From: Candidatus Omnitrophota bacterium
GTDB lineage: Bacteria > Omnitrophota > Gorgyraeia > Duberdicusellales > 4484-171
Reading direction: 5' to 3'
Length of the DNA stretch: 64,000 bases
Assembly: GCA_016935525.1 (NCBI GenBank)
Contig: JAFGQU010000016.1
Location: forward strand, 32,342 to 96,341
Positions within the stretch are counted from its first letter, which is position 1, and each line of letters opens with the position of its first letter. Below are positions 44,702-55,150 of the stretch, one piece after another. The notes beneath the pieces are model-generated. The model searched no databases and was not told the origin of the DNA. It saw nothing but the letters and a program-made list of their open reading frames with translations. The translations under genes and the position numbers were made by a program.

Positions 44702-46387
44702 GTGAAAAAACTTCGAGTCTCAACGCGCTACCGTGTTATATACCTTTTTTTCTCTGCGCTTTTCATTATCCTCTGGATAAAAATTTTTTATCTTCAGATA
44801 TTGCGGGTCGATTTTTTCCATAATTTGGCTCGTAAACAGTACAACAGTATCGTATCGATTACAGGGGGCCGCGGCCGTATTTATGATGCCAAAGACAGGA
44901 TTCTCGCGACTAATATTACCTCTTATTCGGTATATGCCGATCCCCAGATCGTGACCGATAAAGAACATACCGCCCGGATACTGGCTGAAGAGCTTTCTCT
45001 CGATAAAGACGATGTACTGGAAAAACTTAACCGTTCCCGGCGGTTCGTATGGATCAAACGGCAGATCCCCTGGCCGGAAAAAGAAGCCGTCGAAGAACAC
45101 AATCTGCCGGGAGTGGGCTTGAGGCGTAAGATAAAACGGTTTTATCCTCAGAAAACGATCGCCGCGCATGTGTTGGGTATGGTCGATATCGATAATCAGG
45201 GATTGGAAGGAATCGAGTTGAAATATGACGAAGTATTGAGGGGAAAAGAAGGGTTTATCCAAAGATTTAAAGATTCGGCGGCCCGGGGGCTGATCTTTCT
45301 TCCCGAGTCGCTTACGCCTCAGGAAGGGGCTGATGTGTATCTTACTCTTGACGGACAGATCCAGTATTGGGCCGAAAAGTATTTAGCCGAGACGATAGAC
45401 AAGTTCGGGGCAAAAGGCGGGTCGGTGGTGGTGCTCGATACTCAGAGCGGAGGAGTGCTGGCGTTGGTGAATTTTCCTGATTTTAATCCGAATAAGCCGG
45501 GTTCCTCTCAGGCATCTGAACGCAAGAACCAGGCATTGACCGATATGTTCGAACCGGGTTCGGTCTTCAAAATCGTGACGTTAATCGCCGCCCTTAATGA
45601 AGGGGCGTTTAATGAGGATGATATGTTTTTTTGTGAAAACGGAGAATATAAGATCCCCGGGACGGTCCTTCATGATTATCATCCTTACGGAAATTTAAGC
45701 TTTCGCGAGGTATTCAGTAAATCATCTAATATCGGCGTGGCAAAAATCGCGCAAAGTCTCGGAAAAAACACCCTGTACCGTTATATCAAAAAACTGCAGT
45801 TCGCAAAAGCAACCGGTATCGACCTGCCCGGCGAGATCAACGGATTTATGAAAGAACCGAACCAGTGGAGCAAGACCTCCGGGTACATTGTCCCGATAGG
45901 GCAGGAAGTGGGAGTGACCCTTATTCAGTTAGCTCAGGCGATGTCTATTATTGTTTCCGAAGGTGAGCTTATCCAGCCCTATGTGGTCAAAAAAGTAGTC
46001 CATGAGCATTATACCAACGAAATACCGCCTATAAAGAAAAACGTCCTTTCACCCCGGGTATGTGAACGGGCTAAAGCCGTCCTTATCGATGTCGTGGAAA
46101 ACGGGACGGGACGCTCTGCCTGGATCGAAGGAGCTTTAGTCGGAGGCAAGACCGGGACGGCCCAGAAGTTTGATGTTTCGATCCGGCGATATTCGCCTAA
46201 TAAGTACCGGGCTTCGTTTGTCGGGTTTATAGAAAAAGAAGATATTTCTTTAGTGATTGCAATAAGTATTGATGAACCGCGTAAATCGCATTTAGGCGGT
46301 ACGGTCGCCGCGCCCTTGTTCGGGATGATCGGGAAAGAAACGCTGCGTTATTTGCGGTATCAAAACAGTTCGTCTCGATTACAATGA
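44702..46387 (+). CDS. ftsI: Peptidoglycan D,D-transpeptidase FtsI (class B PBP)
   Basis: PBP dimerisation domain plus transpeptidase motifs SxxK (SVFK), SSN (SSN), KTG (KTGTA). Confidence 0.85.
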   Translation: MKKLRVSTRYRVIYLFFSALFIILWIKIFYLQILRVDFFHNLARKQYNSIVSITGGRGRIYDAKDRILATNITSYSVYADPQIVTDKEHTARILAEELSLDKDDVLEKLNRSRRFVWIKRQIPWPEKEAVEEHNLPGVGLRRKIKRFYPQKTIAAHVLGMVDIDNQGLEGIELKYDEVLRGKEGFIQRFKDSAARGLIFLPESLTPQEGADVYLTLDGQIQYWAEKYLAETIDKFGAKGGSVVVLDTQSGGVLALVNFPDFNPNKPGSSQASERKNQALTDMFEPGSVFKIVTLIAALNEGAFNEDDMFFCENGEYKIPGTVLHDYHPYGNLSFREVFSKSSNIGVAKIAQSLGKNTLYRYIKKLQFAKATGIDLPGEINGFMKEPNQWSKTSGYIVPIGQEVGVTLIQLAQAMSIIVSEGELIQPYVVKKVVHEHYTNEIPPIKKNVLSPRVCERAKAVLIDVVENGTGRSAWIEGALVGGKTGTAQKFDVSIRRYSPNKYRASFVGFIEKEDISLVIAISIDEPRKSHLGGTVAAPLFGMIGKETLRYLRYQNSSSRLQ

Positions 46388-47832
46388 TCATAAGTGAATT
46401 GTTCAACCAGCTTCCTCACGGGACTCCTTTCGCGCGACGAGAGGTGAGGGGTATTTCCCGGGATAGCCGTCAACTGAGCGGAGGCGAGGCCTTTTTCGTC
46501 ATCGAAGGAGATAAATTCGATATATTCAAAGCTCTTGAAGATATCAGCCGGAAAGTCTCTTTGTTGGTGGTAGAGGAAAAACATAAAGGGAAAATACCGT
46601 CTTCGATCAAAGATGTTCCGCTGGTGTATGTCGATGATGTCAAAAAAGAGTTTAACCGTGCCGTCGATATTTTTTATCCGGTTGATCTTAGCCGTTTCGG
46701 ATTTATCGGGGTGACCGGTACCAACGGTAAGACTACGACTGCCCATATCATGTATCAATTGATCCGTCATTTCGATCTGCCGGCTTCGCTTCTGGGAACG
46801 GTCCATTATTGTATCGAGGACGAATGCATCGATGCCCCTTATACTACGCCGGATTATTTTCTATTACGTAAACTTCTCTCGACGATAAAAGAAGATGATA
46901 TCCGCTATGTGGTAATGGAAGTCTCCTCTCACGGGCTGGTGCAGGAACGGATCTGGGGGATCCCTTTCCGACGGTGTATTTTTACCAATTTAAGCCATGA
47001 CCATCTTGATTATCACGGTACTATGGAAGAATATTTTCAGGCAAAAACATCGTTCTTTTCGATGAATCCGCAAAGCCTGGCAGTCTTGAACGTGGACGAT
47101 CCTTACGGGCAGAGGCTCCGGGAACGTATCCCTCACAAAAAGATCACGTATGCCACTTCCGGTGATGCCGATTTCCTGGCCAAAAATATCAAACCGTATC
47201 CCGGCGGTACGGATTTTACGTTACGGTTCAATCAGGAAGAGTTTCCGGTCCGTACCGGGCTTATCGGGATCCATAATGTCTCTAATATCCTGGCCGCCCT
47301 GGCGACCCTTTATTCTTACGGATTCGATATGAAAAAATGCATCCGCTATGTAAAATGTCTGAAAGCCCCTTGCGGGAGGATGGAGGAGGTTATCGAGAAC
47401 GTGTATGTGGATTATGCCCATACTCCCGATGCGTTGGAGAAAGCGCTCGTGACGTTAAAACAATCGGGATATAAAGAAGTGATCTGTGTATTCGGGTGCG
47501 GGGGTGACCGCGATAAAAGTAAACGTCCGGTTATGGGACAGATCGCGACCCAATATGCCGATGAGACTATTATTACGTCCGATAATCCCCGCAGCGAAGA
47601 TCCTCTGGCGATTTGCCGGGAAATCGAAAAAGGATGCTCACCGGGGAGGTACTCGGTAATTGCCGACCGTCGTCAGGCGATAACTCAGGCGTTGATGAGC
47701 CGGGATAGGCGTCCGCATTCGGCAGTATTGATCGCCGGGAAAGGCCATGAAGCGTACCAGATCGTCGGAGCCCGAAGGTTCCCGTTTAAAGACCAGGATG
47801 TGATCAGCGAGGTATATTGTAAAGAAAAATGA
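46384..47832 (+). CDS. murE: UDP-N-acetylmuramoyl-L-alanyl-D-glutamate--2,6-diaminopimelate ligase
   Basis: Mur ligase P-loop GVTGTNGKTTT; DNPR motif (SDNPRSEDP) indicates DAP specificity. Confidence 0.9.
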   Translation: MIISELFNQLPHGTPFARREVRGISRDSRQLSGGEAFFVIEGDKFDIFKALEDISRKVSLLVVEEKHKGKIPSSIKDVPLVYVDDVKKEFNRAVDIFYPVDLSRFGFIGVTGTNGKTTTAHIMYQLIRHFDLPASLLGTVHYCIEDECIDAPYTTPDYFLLRKLLSTIKEDDIRYVVMEVSSHGLVQERIWGIPFRRCIFTNLSHDHLDYHGTMEEYFQAKTSFFSMNPQSLAVLNVDDPYGQRLRERIPHKKITYATSGDADFLAKNIKPYPGGTDFTLRFNQEEFPVRTGLIGIHNVSNILAALATLYSYGFDMKKCIRYVKCLKAPCGRMEEVIENVYVDYAHTPDALEKALVTLKQSGYKEVICVFGCGGDRDKSKRPVMGQIATQYADETIITSDNPRSEDPLAICREIEKGCSPGRYSVIADRRQAITQALMSRDRRPHSAVLIAGKGHEAYQIVGARRFPFKDQDVISEVYCKEK

Positions 47833-49169
47833 GTATGTTTACCTATGAAGCTATGGAAGGGGTGATCCGCCCCAAAAAAGTCATAAAGAGGTCATTGTGG
47901 CGGACACCGCAGAAGATCTCTATCGATTCACGGACGATTTCGTCCGGTGACGGGTTTCTCGCCCTGCGCGGTAAGTGGCATGACGGCCACCGGTTTATTA
48001 AAGAAGCCTGCCGTAGGGGAGCGCGATTTGTTATCGCCCAGGACGAAACCGCGTGCCGTGACGTGAACGCCTGCTCTTATATCGTCGCCGATCCTTACCG
48101 GGCGTTAGAAAAGATCAGCTGTTATATAAGGAAAACGGTGAATCCCCGCGCGATCGCGGTGACCGGCTCGATCGGGAAGACCACGACGAAAGAAATAATC
48201 GCCTATCTTTTACAGCATACGTATTCGGTCCTTAAGAACGAGAAGACCGAGAATAATTTTCTGGGAGTCTCAAAGACCATATTACGGCTTGCCGATGAGG
48301 AATTCATTGTGTTAGAATTAGGGACTAATTCTCCCGGTGAGATCAAACAGCTTACTGCTATAGTGCGTCCGGATATAGGAGTGATCACCTATATCAAACC
48401 GGTGCATACTGAAAAATTACCGACACTCAGGGATATTTTTGAAGAAAAAAAAGAAATAGTCACCCGTTACGCTCACACAAAAGCGGTCCTCAATTATGAT
48501 GATCCGTATTTAAGAAAGATAAAGGCGAAAAAGAAAATCGTCTGGTTCGGTACTAAAAAAGGGGCGACGGTACGGGGCCGGTTTTTAAGCGGGAACGAAA
48601 AAGAAACGGTATTTTTAATCAATGGAAAATATAAAATGCGGCTTAAGACCCCGTTTCGTTTTTATATCTATAATACCCTGGCCGCCCTGGGCGCGGTGTA
48701 TGCTTCAGGCGAAGAATTGCCGGGATATATCGCGATGATGGATGAGTTCGGATTTAATTTCCCGATGCGGATGGAGGAGACCAGAAAACGAGGCATGTTT
48801 TTTATTAATGACGCCTATAATTCCAATCCGTTCGCGCTCAAAACGGCGCTTGAGAATCTTGATTGTTACCGTTACCCTAAAATAGCGGTGATCGGCGATA
48901 TGCGTGAACTGGGCCGGCTCGCCTTTGCGTGCCATCGTCACCTTGCCGCGGATATCCTGCGTCAGGATTTTGAATACGTGCTTACCCTGGGCTTTTACAG
49001 CCGGGTATTAAAAGAGAAACTCGACGCGTTAGGGTATCGCCGCGCGTTTCATTTCGCATCACATGATGAGGTGGTCGCTTTTCTTAAAAAACTGTCGCGT
49101 AAAAAATATCTGGTGTTCGTCAAAGGCTCCCGGGGAATGGAGATGGAGAAGATAATTGAGAAATACTGA
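47829..49169 (+). CDS. murF: UDP-N-acetylmuramoyl-tripeptide--D-alanyl-D-alanine ligase
   Basis: Mur ligase domains; P-loop TGSIGKTTTKE. Confidence 0.85.
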   Translation: MSMFTYEAMEGVIRPKKVIKRSLWRTPQKISIDSRTISSGDGFLALRGKWHDGHRFIKEACRRGARFVIAQDETACRDVNACSYIVADPYRALEKISCYIRKTVNPRAIAVTGSIGKTTTKEIIAYLLQHTYSVLKNEKTENNFLGVSKTILRLADEEFIVLELGTNSPGEIKQLTAIVRPDIGVITYIKPVHTEKLPTLRDIFEEKKEIVTRYAHTKAVLNYDDPYLRKIKAKKKIVWFGTKKGATVRGRFLSGNEKETVFLINGKYKMRLKTPFRFYIYNTLAALGAVYASGEELPGYIAMMDEFGFNFPMRMEETRKRGMFFINDAYNSNPFALKTALENLDCYRYPKIAVIGDMRELGRLAFACHRHLAADILRQDFEYVLTLGFYSRVLKEKLDALGYRRAFHFASHDEVVAFLKKLSRKKYLVFVKGSRGMEMEKIIEKY

Positions 49170-49259
49170 TAAATAGTCGCTGGTCGCTAGTCTCTAGTAT
49201 TTAGTGAAAAATGAAATAAAATACCAGAAACCAGAGACCGTAGACTGGAGATTTTAAAA

Positions 49260-50342
49260 ATGTTATATCATCTCTTCTATTCATTAAGCGATACATTTGG
49301 TATGTTTAATCTGTTCAAATATATTACGTTCCGCAGCGGTGCCAGTTTTATGTGCTCTTTTTTCTTGAGTTTTGTCCTCTGGCAATGGTTTAAAAGATAT
49401 TTCCGCCGGCTTAATTTCAAGGAATCTATCGATATGTACGGCCATGTCCATCTGGAAGCGCTGCATAAATCGAAGAAAGGGACCCCTACGATGGGCGGGC
49501 TTATCCTGATCGGCGCGGTCGGGATCTCTACGTTACTCTGGGCAAAATTGACGGTAAGTTTTGTCTGGTATGTGCTTTTGATTATGATCTTACTGGGAGC
49601 GTTGGGGTTCAGCGACGATTATCTCAAAAGTACCCGGGGGAAAGGATTAAGCCGGAAACATAAATTGATCGTGCAGATAGGGATCGGTGTTTTTTTAGGG
49701 TTGGTAATATTCCTTGACCGGAATATTTCTACTACTCTCGATGTCCCGTTTTTTAAAAAGGTCGTATTTGATCTGGGATTTTTTTATATATTCTGGACGG
49801 CGCTGGTCATAGTCGCCACATCGAACGCGGTCAATTTTACCGACGGCTTAGACGGGTTGGCGATCGGCGGGATCATTACTAATTCTCTGGTATTTGCGGG
49901 TTTGAGTTATTTAACCGGCCATCTCGAGTTCGCCAATTACTTGTTTATCCCGCATATCGCCGATGCCGGAGAACTCGCGGTGATCTGCGCGGCGCTCTTA
50001 GGGGCGGGGCTTGGGTTCCTCTGGTTTAATTCTTATCCGGCTGAAGTGTTCATGGGCGATACCGGAGCGTTGTCTTTAGGCGGGATCATCGGAGTGATCG
50101 CTCTGTTCATAAAAAAAGAGTTTCTTTTGATCATTGCCGGAGGGATATTTGTCCTTGAGGCTTTGAGCGTGGTATTACAGATATGTTCGGTAAGGATGAG
50201 CGGGCGGCGGATATTCCGTGCCGCGCCGTTACATCATCATTTTCAGTTGAAAGGATGGCCGGAATCAAAGATCATCATCCGGTTCTGGATAGTCTCTTTG
50301 ATCTGCGCGATGTGTGCGCTCTTAACCCTTAAATTACGATGA
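49260..50342 (+). CDS. mraY: Phospho-N-acetylmuramoyl-pentapeptide transferase
   Basis: 10-TM glycosyltransferase family 4; NAVNFTDGLDGLA motif. Confidence 0.93.
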   Translation: MLYHLFYSLSDTFGMFNLFKYITFRSGASFMCSFFLSFVLWQWFKRYFRRLNFKESIDMYGHVHLEALHKSKKGTPTMGGLILIGAVGISTLLWAKLTVSFVWYVLLIMILLGALGFSDDYLKSTRGKGLSRKHKLIVQIGIGVFLGLVIFLDRNISTTLDVPFFKKVVFDLGFFYIFWTALVIVATSNAVNFTDGLDGLAIGGIITNSLVFAGLSYLTGHLEFANYLFIPHIADAGELAVICAALLGAGLGFLWFNSYPAEVFMGDTGALSLGGIIGVIALFIKKEFLLIIAGGIFVLEALSVVLQICSVRMSGRRIFRAAPLHHHFQLKGWPESKIIIRFWIVSLICAMCALLTLKLR

Positions 50343-51610
50343 TGCTCGATTCATTTTCCCGTATCGGAATAATCGGTTTTAAACGGTCAGGTATCGCGCT
50401 GTGCCGGATGCTTCTTGATTATGGCAAACAGGTGAAAGTGAGCGATACGGGGTTTGAGGATTCTTTTTCGAAGATCCTGATCGAACGGTTAGGCGCCCGG
50501 GGGGTCCGGTTCGAGTTTGAAAAAAATTCTTGTGAATTTTTAAGTGATTGTGATCTCGTGGTCGTCTCACCCGGTGTCGATGTGGCCGCCTCAGGTATCG
50601 GTGAGTATACCTGTGCCCGCGGTATCCCGGTATACGGGGAGATGGAAGTGGCGTCCTGGGTAAACCGTGCCCGGATCGTCGCGATTACCGGTACCAACGG
50701 TAAGACTACCACTACGTTTCTCGCCTATAGCGTGCTTAAAAGTAAGTTTCCCGGTAGAGTCTATCTTGCCGGAAATATCGGGATCCCTTTTTCCGAAGTA
50801 GCTCCCCGTACTAAAGAAGGAGATATCGTGGTGCTTGAGGTGAGTTCTTTTCAATTGGAAACGATCAGGGATTTTCACCCTGCGGTGAGCTGTATTACCA
50901 ATATCGAACCCGATCATCTTGACCGGTACGCTCAGGTTTCTGACTATGTCCGCGCTAAAAAAAATATTTTTTCTAACCAGACCGCAAATGATTTCGCCGT
51001 ACTGAACAGGAATTGCGCTTTTTCTGACGAATTGAAATCGTCGATACATTCCCAGGTCCGTTATTTCAGCGATGAGTTCGAAAACGAAAATTATTCGGCG
51101 GTATCGGTCATTGCCGGAATATTCGCGATGACTAAAGAAGAATGCGCCCGGGTTTTCTCGGAATTTCGCGGCCTACCGCATCGGATGCAGAAAGTCAGAG
51201 AATTCGGGGGAGTCACTTTTATCAATGATTCTAAAGCGACGAATCCCTCTTCGACTATCTGGGCATTGAAGAATACCAAAGGTCCCGTGCGATTGATCGC
51301 CGGAGGGAAAGACAAAGGGTTGGAATACGGCGAGATCGCACCTTATCTTAATCAAGTAAAAAAGATATATCTTTACGGGCAGGCCCGCACGGCGATTACG
51401 CAGGCCCTCTCTTTTTATCCCGATATCGCCCGGTATGACGGTGTAGAGGAAGCTGTCCGTTCTGCGGCTCAGGATGCGCGTCGCGGTGAGGTGGTCCTTT
51501 TTTCTCCGATGTGTTCGAGTTTTGATCTTTTCAAAAATTATCAGGAACGCGGTAAATTTTTTATCCAAGTAGTAAATAATCTTAATGCAGAAACTTCAAC
51601 GAGAACGTAG
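50339..51610 (+). CDS. murD: UDP-N-acetylmuramoylalanine--D-glutamate ligase
   Basis: P-loop ITGTNGKTTTT; MurD domain order. Confidence 0.9.
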   Translation: MMLDSFSRIGIIGFKRSGIALCRMLLDYGKQVKVSDTGFEDSFSKILIERLGARGVRFEFEKNSCEFLSDCDLVVVSPGVDVAASGIGEYTCARGIPVYGEMEVASWVNRARIVAITGTNGKTTTTFLAYSVLKSKFPGRVYLAGNIGIPFSEVAPRTKEGDIVVLEVSSFQLETIRDFHPAVSCITNIEPDHLDRYAQVSDYVRAKKNIFSNQTANDFAVLNRNCAFSDELKSSIHSQVRYFSDEFENENYSAVSVIAGIFAMTKEECARVFSEFRGLPHRMQKVREFGGVTFINDSKATNPSSTIWALKNTKGPVRLIAGGKDKGLEYGEIAPYLNQVKKIYLYGQARTAITQALSFYPDIARYDGVEEAVRSAAQDARRGEVVLFSPMCSSFDLFKNYQERGKFFIQVVNNLNAETSTRT

Positions 51611-52688
51611 AAAAATATTTCTTACCGTTTTTGCCCTTTCTCTTTTCGGTCTATTAATGATTTACGAGGCTTCTTCGATCTATGCCTTGCGGTTGACCGG
51701 GGACAGCGGCTATTTTTTTAAACGTCAACTGGTATATTTCCTTTTAGGGATCGGTTTTTTCTTCGGGACACTGGCAGTTGATATCGAGTTTTTGAGAAAA
51801 AGATCGGCCGTTATTCTGGGAATCAATCTGTTCCTGCTGGTGCTTGCGCTTCTGGTGGGAAAACAGGTCGGCGGCGCGCGGCGCTGGTTGAGTCTATTCG
51901 GGTTCGGTATTCAGCCTTCGGAATTCCTGAAATTCTCTTTTCTGCTTTACGCGGTAGATTATCTTTATCGTAAACGGGGTTTTATCCGTAATTTTTCCCG
52001 GGGAATCCTTCCGCTTTTGGTGATCGGCGGGATAAGCGCGTTTTTGATAGTGTTAGGGCCGGACTTGGGTACGGTGATGTTCTGGTTAGGCTGGTTATTT
52101 CTCATGCTGTTTATTGCCAATGCCCGTAAAAAACACCTTTTGTATCTTGTCCTGGTCGGGATGCTTGCCGCCGGGGCGCTCGTGAAAGTGTATCCTTACC
52201 GTATGCAGCGGATTACTTCTTATCTTAATCCCTGGGCGGATTCGCAAGGGTCGGGATTCCAGCTTATTCAGTCGCAGATATCGTATGGTGCCGGAGGGAT
52301 TGCCGGGGTCGGGTTAGGGGAGAGCCGTCAGAAATTTCTGTTCCTGCCGGCAGCACACACTGATTTTATTTTTTCGATTATTGCCGAAGAGTTTGGTTTT
52401 ATCGGGGTTTCAATAGTGTTAGGATTGTTTTTTTTCCTGTTTTCCAGTATGTTCGAACTGACGTTACGGATCGGTGACCCTTTCCGACGGATGCTGGTCA
52501 TGGGTATCGTTCTGATAACAGGATCCGAGGTAATAGTCAATATCGGGGTCAGCTGCGGGCTGTTTCCGACAAAAGGGCTGTCGTTACCATTTGTAAGTTA
52601 CGGCGGAAGCAATTTGATCGTCCATTATATATTGTTAGGGCTACTGTTTCGTGCGACTAAAGAAGATGAAAATATTATTAGTCACTGA
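51585..52688 (+). CDS. ftsW: Peptidoglycan glycosyltransferase FtsW (SEDS family)
   Basis: 10-TM FtsW/RodA/SpoVE family; position within the dcw cluster. Confidence 0.88.
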   Translation: MQKLQRERRKIFLTVFALSLFGLLMIYEASSIYALRLTGDSGYFFKRQLVYFLLGIGFFFGTLAVDIEFLRKRSAVILGINLFLLVLALLVGKQVGGARRWLSLFGFGIQPSEFLKFSFLLYAVDYLYRKRGFIRNFSRGILPLLVIGGISAFLIVLGPDLGTVMFWLGWLFLMLFIANARKKHLLYLVLVGMLAAGALVKVYPYRMQRITSYLNPWADSQGSGFQLIQSQISYGAGGIAGVGLGESRQKFLFLPAAHTDFIFSIIAEEFGFIGVSIVLGLFFFLFSSMFELTLRIGDPFRRMLVMGIVLITGSEVIVNIGVSCGLFPTKGLSLPFVSYGGSNLIVHYILLGLLFRATKEDENIISH

Positions 52689-53706
52689 CCGCAGTGCCGG
52701 CCATCTTTTTCCTGCCCTTGCGCTTGCCCGGGCGGCCCAAACGGCTGGACATAACGTGACATTGTTTACGACATCGGCTTATCTTGGCGAGTATGTGCCC
52801 GAAGATATTGCCTGTATTGTCGGTAAAGACCTGAACCGAGCCTGGCTTTTAAGAGAAATGTTCCTGCGCAGCATCGAAGCGGTCCGGATTATTTTTTGTA
52901 TGCGGCCGGATAAGATCATCGGGTTCGGCGGCCGGGGCAGTTTATTTTTTATCCTCTTTGGCGCTCTCTTTTTACGTGATACCGGATTATACGAGCCGAA
53001 TGTCCGGATGGGGAAAGCGAACCGGTTCCTGCGGCACCTGGTAAGGGCAATATGGTACGGGTTACCTCCGCACAATATCACCGCTACGATGAAATCTGCC
53101 GGTATTCCCCGGCATCCCGGTATCCGGCATTATGAGAAAGACCAGGCCCGGAAAAAACTGGGCCTTGATCTTTATCGCCCGGTAGTATTTTGTTTCGGCG
53201 GAAGCCAGGGATCGGAGTTCCTTAATGAGACGTTTAAGAAAATAATTCAGGAAGATGTTTTTTTCCAGGCGATCCATCTTACCGGAGAGAGAGACTATTA
53301 TCAATTTTGTGAGTTTTATGATAAAATAATGAGAAAAGAATATTTTGTTAAGAAGTCTTATAAAGATATCGGCTTGTTATATTCGGCAGCTGATATCGTG
53401 ATCTGCCGGGCCGGCGCGTTAACTATTGCCGAAATCGTCTTTTTCCGGATCCCGGCAATTCTTATTCCTTATCCCGGCGCCGAAGGCCATCAACGGGCGA
53501 ATGCCCTTTTTTTAACCGGGAAGGGAGCTGCGTATTATTGTGAACAAAATGAATCGGCATATGCCGGTTGCGCCAGTATATTACGTGAGGCCTTTGCCGA
53601 TAGGCAAAAACTGGATATGATCAGAGAAAAACTGTCTTCAGTTTCGATAAGTGTCGATGACGGCACGTTCTATTCCAGTATATTTTCTGGCGAGAAAAAA
53701 GATTAA
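52666..53706 (+). CDS. murG: UDP-GlcNAc:lipid I GlcNAc transferase MurG (N-terminal G-loop divergent)
   Basis: C-terminal GT-B signature FGGSQGS ... ICRAGALTIAEI is conserved; the N-terminal GGTGGH reads DRSAGH. Confidence 0.75.
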   Translation: MKILLVTDRSAGHLFPALALARAAQTAGHNVTLFTTSAYLGEYVPEDIACIVGKDLNRAWLLREMFLRSIEAVRIIFCMRPDKIIGFGGRGSLFFILFGALFLRDTGLYEPNVRMGKANRFLRHLVRAIWYGLPPHNITATMKSAGIPRHPGIRHYEKDQARKKLGLDLYRPVVFCFGGSQGSEFLNETFKKIIQEDVFFQAIHLTGERDYYQFCEFYDKIMRKEYFVKKSYKDIGLLYSAADIVICRAGALTIAEIVFFRIPAILIPYPGAEGHQRANALFLTGKGAAYYCEQNESAYAGCASILREAFADRQKLDMIREKLSSVSISVDDGTFYSSIFSGEKKD

Positions 53707-53767
53707 AGGAAGAAAAACCGGCAATAGATGCTCTGCGGGACCTGAACGCAGAGTGGTTGATAGAATA

Positions 53768-55150
53768 ATGCAGCACGAGAATATCCTCACACATATCAAG
53801 AACATACATCTCATCGGTATCGGCGGGGTCGGGATGAGCGCCCTGGCGATGTTATTAAAAGAAAAAGGCTACCGGGTAAGCGGGTCCGATATCAGAGAGG
53901 GGTATTATTTTAAAAAGGCCGAAAGTTGCGGGATCAATGTCCTTACGGGACATCGTGCCGCCCATATCGAAGGTGCCGATATCGTCTGCTATTCTTCGGC
54001 GATCCGGCCGGATAATCCCGAGATAGTCGCTGCGCGAGCAAAAGGGATCGGTGTATACCGTCGTGCCGAGATCCTGGGGATGATCTCTCAGGGAGAGCGG
54101 GTCGTTGCGGTATGCGGCAGTCACGGTAAGACGACTACTTCGGCACTCCTGGTCTTTTTAGCGACGAGTTTAAAATATAAACCGACCGCATTCATCGGCG
54201 CTCAACCGTTAAATTACGAAAAAATGGCATGGTGGGGTAACGATTTTTTTATTATCGAAGCCGATGAGAGTGACGGGAGTTTTCATTCCTACTCGCCCTG
54301 GGTATCGATTCTCACCAATATCGATAACGAACATCTCGATTTCTACGGAACCCGAGAAAAACTGGACGAAAACTTCCTTGAGTTTGCCCGGCATACTCAG
54401 GAGCTTACTATCGGGTGGGGTGATGATGAAGCAGTATCCGGTATCCTGCGGCAAGTCCCTTCACTTTCTTACGGGAAAGATCCCGGGAATCCGGTCCGGG
54501 CCGAAGGGATTCACTACCGGGGCGGATATACTTATTTTGACCTTTATATAAAAGGCCGCTGTTACCCGCAGGTATGCCTGCCGCTTTTAGGCGAACATAA
54601 TGTGCTCAATACCCTTGCGGTAATAAGTTTTTTTGAATTTATCGGCGCGGATATAAAAGAATTGATCCGAGTGTTGCCGGAATTTAAAAGTACAAAACGG
54701 AGGTTCCAGCTTAAAAGTTGTGCCGAAGGGGTTATTTTTATCGATGATTATGCGCACCATCCTACCGAGATAAAAGCTACCTTAGCTGCCGCGCGTGCGC
54801 TTGGGTCCCGTCGACTGGTTGTGTTATTTCAACCCCATCGTTATTCCCGCCTGATGCGGCTTTTGAATGAGTTCGCTTTGTGTTTCGGTGCTGCCGATTG
54901 CCTGATCTTTACCGATGTGTACGCTGCGGGAGAAGAGAAACCTTACGATTTCGATGAACTGGCTCTGGGGCGCCGCCTGCAGGAAGGATTTAACGGTGAA
55001 CTGCATTATGTAGCTAAGGAAAAGTTGGCGGGGGAGGTATCGGGATTCATCAAAGAAGGAGATGTCGTGATCAGTGTAGGAGCCGGAGATATCAGTAAGA
55101 TTACCGATGAAGTTATCAGCGAATTTACCAGAACAAGAATTAAAGCCTGA
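53768..55150 (+). CDS. murC: UDP-N-acetylmuramate--L-alanine ligase
   Basis: IHLIGIGGVGMSALA N-terminal motif; P-loop CGSHGKTTTS; start moved to the ATG at 53768 (the ORF track extends upstream into the murG 3' end). Confidence 0.9.
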   Translation: MQHENILTHIKNIHLIGIGGVGMSALAMLLKEKGYRVSGSDIREGYYFKKAESCGINVLTGHRAAHIEGADIVCYSSAIRPDNPEIVAARAKGIGVYRRAEILGMISQGERVVAVCGSHGKTTTSALLVFLATSLKYKPTAFIGAQPLNYEKMAWWGNDFFIIEADESDGSFHSYSPWVSILTNIDNEHLDFYGTREKLDENFLEFARHTQELTIGWGDDEAVSGILRQVPSLSYGKDPGNPVRAEGIHYRGGYTYFDLYIKGRCYPQVCLPLLGEHNVLNTLAVISFFEFIGADIKELIRVLPEFKSTKRRFQLKSCAEGVIFIDDYAHHPTEIKATLAAARALGSRRLVVLFQPHRYSRLMRLLNEFALCFGAADCLIFTDVYAAGEEKPYDFDELALGRRLQEGFNGELHYVAKEKLAGEVSGFIKEGDVVISVGAGDISKITDEVISEFTRTRIKA

